DNA of 64,000 bases from NCBI GenBank assembly GCA_965178125.1, contig OZ237735.1, positions 434,001-498,000 of the forward strand. Reading direction: 5' to 3'. Made by a program: the position numbers and the translations under genes. The notes beneath the pieces were generated by a model that saw nothing but the letters and a program-made list of their open reading frames with translations, searched no databases and was not told the origin of the DNA. This DNA is from Bilabrum cf. latius. Lineage: Eukaryota. Positions 58,789 to 64,000 of this stretch are shown piece after piece (the stretch's first letter is position 1; each line of letters begins with the position of its first letter).

Positions 58789-61700
58789 TCACGACCTTGC
58801 CTTCTTTCTAGACCGGCCTTCCCTGTCCCTTCGCTCGTCCACGTTGCGCTTTTTCTTGCGCCTGCCCGCCTCCTGTTTAGAGCGCTTGCCGTGTGCCGCC
58901 GCAACGGGATCAAGCATACCTTGCAGGGATTTCCTCGAGCGCTTCTCCGCTCGGGCATCGCTCCTCCTCTTGGCCGCCGCCTCCACCAGTCGCCCCATTT
59001 CTCCCGCTGGCAGGACGCCCTCCGCCTGCTTGAGTGCCTCGCTGGCCTGCACCTTGAGGCTGGCGACCAGGCTGTCTCGCCCGCCGCACTGCACCTCCTC
59101 CTGTCCCATGGCATTGGCTTCGTCCAGCTGGGCCCCTCCGATCCCCCGAGCCTCCAGCATCGAAGCGGTGGGAGGCGCACCGGGTGCCTCCCCTCCAATC
59201 CCCATGGTCTTGGCGAATGCCTCTGCCGCAATCGGAGCAAACGACCGGAAGTGAGCACCCGTAGCCGACGCCAGCCCCACGAAGAAATCCAATAGGCAGC
59301 TGCGCACAGGCAGAGACGCCTTGGACAAGAGCTTGACGACCCGTCTGCACGCAGACTCAGAGACAAGCCCATCGATTGGGACTCTCAGCTTGCCCTCTGT
59401 AGCAGCGGCAGCAGCCTTGCTGCTCGACGCCCGGATCGAAGCGTGGGCCTGTTCGAACTGCAGCACCACGAGCGCAAGCACGACCTAAAGCACCGCATCC
59501 GCGTGCTGCCGCGTGGTTCCGAGCCAGTACAGCTGCGAGAGGAGCGCCTGCACCAGCGTCTCTGCACCTTCGCCTTCCATCAGAGAGGACAGCAGGGCGC
59601 CCTATGCATAGCCGCCTGCAGGAACAGGCTTACCCGAGTCCTTGAGAGATGCCAGTGTTTCTGGCACGCCTGCTGCCACCAGCAAAGAGGCCGACAGGCG
59701 AGTGGACACCTGCCGAACCCACACATGGGGATACCGCAGCAGTTCGCTGAGCGCCCTGATCGCTGGTATCACCTAGCTATCGCTATCTGTGTCTTCTGCC
59801 GCAGCCGCGCCGGATGCGGCGGAGGCCTTTGCTGAAGATTGCTTTGAGCCGGTGGTTGTTCCAGGGCAGGACAGCCGCGGCAGCAGTGCAGCAAATCGGA
59901 CAGGGCTGGCTCGCGCCAGTTTCTCCATGGCAACGCACGCATAGTACAGCGGCTGCCAGTCGATGGTCTCTAGACCGGCGCTTACCGACTCGCTCTTGGC
60001 CGCTTGCTCGACTTTTGCTGACCATGCTGCTGCGGGCTGCGACGACCCAACTCCAACCTCCCCCTCCGAAGCCCCCGCCCCGCTCGCTGGTCCTTCGCTG
60101 TCCATCTCCCGCTGCGCAACTTTGATGGCTTCCACCTCTTCGATCAGGTCTACGTCAATGTCCGCAGGCACTTCGACTCCAGGCCGAGCTCGAATGAAGC
60201 CATCGTCATCCATCGCCTCCATCAATAGTGCCTTCATTCGCGCTCTCTCAGATTGATGTGAGGCGCTGCCGCTCTGTGAAGCCGAGGTCGACGATGTGCT
60301 GAACCGAGGCTCCTCGTCGGGAGCATCAACATTTGCTTGACGGCCCGACTATGAGCTAACAAGAGCAGACAGCCTGTTGCTGGCACTCACAGAAGCAGAA
60401 AACTCGTCAGAGGATGGAACCACAGCTCCTGAACGACCCTTTAAACCATCCTACATCTACAACGAGGCCTTGATTGCGCGGTGCACCTCGGTCAACATGC
60501 TCTTCTCCACCTTGTCAGCGGCAGACTTCTCGTACACAGGCATCCGGGTGTCAATCAGAATTCCAGCGAGCTGAAAACCAAGCCTTCGATTCGGACTAGC
60601 TTGTTTTTGCTTGCACCATGCCGCCACCATCTTTCCGATCGCTTGCGCCCGGCGGTGAGGAACACGAGCCACTAGCCTGGACACCGCTAGCCCTGCTGCC
60701 GCCCGGCAGCTTTCCTCGGGGTCGTTCACGATCCTGGCAGCCAGAGGCAAGAACAGCAGTTCAGCGTGCTTCTCGAGCACAACCACGGGAAGCTAGTCCA
60801 CCGCAGCAGCAATCACATCCAACGCCGCCAACCGCCCGCCAGGCTTGTCGTACTCCAAGTTCCGAAGGAAGAAGCGCAAATGATCTGCCAACCTCTCCTC
60901 GGATAAAGGGAAGTGCATCAAGAAGGTCAGAAACACGTGAGCGGATTGCGCTCGGGCTCCTACCTTGGTAGATCTGATCATGAACTTTGCCACGCGGTCC
61001 ATGAGGTCGTAGACCTCGGGGGCAACCAGCCTGCGGTGCAGCACCGCTCGCAAGAGGGCAAAAGTAGAGTTTTGCCTCTCTGGCACTTCGAGATCGGCGT
61101 CAAGCACGAGCACGATCGCCTTAAGCTCGTCCTGGGAAATCTTGGCGCTGGGCAGGTAGCGCAGCATCGCTGTAACTGCCTTGACCGTCTGCTGAGACAC
61201 CTGGCCTCTCGCTCCAGTCGAAGCATCTACACCGCTGGACCCCGTGACGGGGCGCACAACCCTTGACATGTGCAGGAGCAGCGCCTGCTGAACCTATTTG
61301 CCGATGGACTGCAGCAGCTGGGGGGCCTTCTGCAGCATCATGGTGACGAGCCGCAGCCCTGCGGCCAATGCACGGTCCGACCTCAGTACGAGCAGAGCAC
61401 GCACTACGTATTTTCCAACCGCTTGGATGGCATCAGCACTAGTGTCCGGCTTCCATGAGGATTTGCCCTTTCGCGCACCTGACATCATGAGGGCCATGGA
61501 GAACCAGACGAGCACCTCCGCTGATTGACCATCCAGACTTGAGGCCCGTCCACCACGGATAGGCTGCCTGGCTCGATCAGCTGCAGTCTTCTTCTCTTTG
61601 GCCTTGATATATCTGCCGATGCCCGTCATGCGAGGTTCAGCCGCAATCTTGAAGGTGTCGGTCGGGCGGCTCGAGGGTCTCAGAATCGAAGCCACGTCGG

Positions 61701-64000
61701 CCACAACTGTGTTCCGACTCTGAGATGCGCCCCCCAGGGGGACAGCTGCCAACGAATCCGAAGGGTTCGCAGCACCGGCTCCGCTGGCGGCGCCTTGGGC
61801 AGCCCTCGACTGGATCTCGCGAATGAGCATGTACGGGTCACTTGCGCTCCAAAGAGGCTGCGAGTTCATCCGCTACAGCCTCCAGCGCAAGGTTGCTGAC
61901 TAGCCCTGTCTGCTTGCTGCGCTGTACAGGTCTCCAAACCGCACGGAGGCGATATCGCCTGAGTGGTCCACACCATCCCTGGCTGCAAGACCATCCACTG
62001 CCAGGTTGTCTCTCAGCAACCCGAGGCAAAACTGGTTCAGGCCGCTGGATGAAACGGATGGGTTGGCGGTGAGACCGCTGATGAGAGAGGAAAAAAGCTT
62101 CACCACCGCAGCCATCGTCTTAGTGTCTTGTGCACCGCCATCTGCAAGGCTAGCTAGCAGTGGGGCAGTCAGCTGGAATACGGCCGGATGCGGGAAGAAC
62201 GGCACACAGCTGGCGATAATCTCAAAGGTCAGGTAGCCCCTGCATGACCTGGATTCCATCATTGGGTACTTGGGAACGTAGCCGCACTCAGGGTCCTTGG
62301 CCATGGCCACCTTGCCCAGCACGTCCTCGACTACCACTTCGAGCAAGTCAGGCAGCGCTGCAAGCAGAGCAGAGTCTTCGTGATCAATTTCGTCAGCTGC
62401 ATCTGTGGAATCGCTGTCGCTATCACTGCCACCATCGCTGTCGCTGTCGTCTGTCATCTCACTTACGCTTGCGGACGGGGAAGCCTTCTACCTCAGGTCG
62501 CTCTTGAGAGCTGCCAGTACATCGTACACGACATGCCCCAGCACATGCACCATGTAGCCATCCCGCAAGGTGTGTCTCAGCGAACTTATCACAGAGGGTA
62601 GATACTGAGTCCCCACAGTCGTGGCTATGCGCACCATGGCTGATCGCGCCGAATTCCTGGCCTGCTGCACCCTGCTCTTCATCGCGAGGGCAACCTTGGT
62701 AAGCAAGCCCCAGAGCCACTTGCTCAGTACAGCCTTCGGCAGCAGCTTAACCAGCTTTGCGCAAGCTACGGCAACTTCAACTTTCACCATCCCATCGCGG
62801 TTCGACAGCAGCTTCTACAGAGTAGGCAGTACGTCTTCCTCAAGTGTTCGAAGCACCACCGTCGAATTTGGGGCAACCGCACCGCCTTGTACAGCTAGAG
62901 CAATCCTGTCCTTGGCATCGATTTCGAAGGGGGTTCCTGCGTACGCCTCTTCTGAAGCAACCGAAGTGGCAGCGCTATCAATCATGGGTACACTTGCATC
63001 CGCTGCGGCGACCTCAGACTTGGCCCCTGTCTGCGAACTGGAATCCGCGTTAAAGTGGAAGGCATCTAGAAGAGCACAGATCGCGCTCTCCAGCGCCGAG
63101 GACCCAGTTGCGACAAGGTTGCGAAGCAGCAGTTTGAGCAGCCAGCCGTACTGCTCCCAAGGCAGGCTCTGGCCGATCGCAAAGAAGAGGCTGCACAGTG
63201 CCTACTTTCTTGTCTTGGCAGCACCCCTTGGTGCTCCTGCAGAACCGCCCCGCTGAAGCAGTTGTACTGCAACGGGCACTACGAAGTGCCTGACCACCCT
63301 GGCTACTCGCAATTGCTCATACTTTCCATTCCTCAGCTTTTCGAGAAGAATAGCAAGCTATTCCATGCTGGCACTGCTGGCCATCCCATTGATGCTGCAA
63401 CACTCGACAAGAAGGTGCTGGTTCCCTGGACCAGTCTCCACCGCGCTTTCTGCCTCTGCAGCAGACTGCGCAGCACCAAGCGAGTCTTCTTCATCGTCTG
63501 TGAGGTCCAGCACGGCGTCGTATAGCAAATCTCCAAGTCTGACCGTTACCCCTTGCATGCCAGAATCAGGCGGGTTGCCTTGTAGCAGCTCAAAGCCAGG
63601 GGGCAGCTCAGAGTCCAGCAGCACGACTGTAGTTCGCAGCGAGCTGGCAGCTGCAAAATATGAAGAGATGGCTGTTACTGCAGCCTAGGCTGCTTCCTTT
63701 AGCGAAGAAGCCGGCGCTACGTTCAGCACATGCCGCACGGCTGGAAGCACGCAAAAGCTCATAACACTGGCGCCATGCAGCACCCCTTTCCCGGACTCCA
63801 CCGGAAACGGAGGTTGAACACGATCGCAACCTCGCCTAATCGCGGCCGCGTCAGTCCTTCCCATGGCTTCGCAAAGCTGAGACAGGAGTGCTGCTGCTCG
63901 ACTGCGTAAAGCGAAATTCTCGTCTGCCAAGTAGTACGATGCCACAGCACTGACTGCCGCGAGGTCGACTGCCTCAGCTGGGGCCTTCGAAGACGGGCGA
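58789..64000 (-). CDS. UTP20: SSU processome HEAT-repeat protein UTP20, 3' part; 5' end outside window
   Basis: MKSRVQQARNSARSAM..TLRDGYMVHVLGHVV, EDVLGKVA..MESRSCRGY, FLMHFPL..HLRFFLRNLEY, FLPLAARIVND, basic C-terminal tail. Nine fragments in one frame; TGA at 58789. Confidence 0.85.

Noticed and set aside
1-64000. Mass pseudogenisation or sequencing error as the cause of broken ORFs
   Set aside because: Interruptions are only TAG, with no unexplained frameshifts, TAA or TGA, and catalytic motifs of essential genes are intact.
1-64000. RIP-like C>T mutation or U-to-C RNA editing producing the TAGs
   Set aside because: CAA>TAA (and CGA>TGA) interruptions would also be expected and none were seen. 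Editing is not formally excluded without RNA data.
1-64000. UAG as Trp (A-to-I editing), pyrrolysine, Leu, Glu or Tyr
   Set aside because: The informative conserved columns are Gln; other sites are variable polar positions (e.g. Lys at RPT6 57947, Asn in aprataxin). Conserved Trp sites use TGG.
1-64000. Suppressor tRNA-Gln(CUA), rRNA, CRISPR array, transposase or viral insertion
   Set aside because: None recognisable by eye. Nearly all sequence is explained by protein genes; the tRNA must be sought elsewhere in the genome.

Overview
Gene-dense, GC-rich eukaryotic nuclear DNA with short spliceosomal GT-AG introns, probably from a protist (inference; lineage not determinable here). The supplied ORF track looks shattered because it treats TAG as stop. 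Read with TAG as a sense codon, the fragments join in frame into 17 genes: EF-hand protein, SLC10/BASS transporter, USP36/42-like DUB, CCZ1/HPS4-like longin protein, an orphan, aprataxin-domain protein, ABTB1, RMI1, DNA-PKcs, MSH5, kinesin, GH20 hexosaminidase, eIF3k, RPA1, a WW/J-domain protein, RPT6 and UTP20. In-frame TAGs repeatedly occupy conserved Gln positions. I saw no in-frame TAA or TGA in the exons I read, and of the 16 visible gene ends 15 are TGA and one is TAA. The main result is therefore a non-canonical nuclear code, UAG=Gln with UAA/UGA as stops (a split UAR box). Secondary features: five genome-maintenance genes within about 37 kb, near-strict strand alternation, and very uniform introns. 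Gene models and homolog motif comparisons were made by eye and from memory, not by search.
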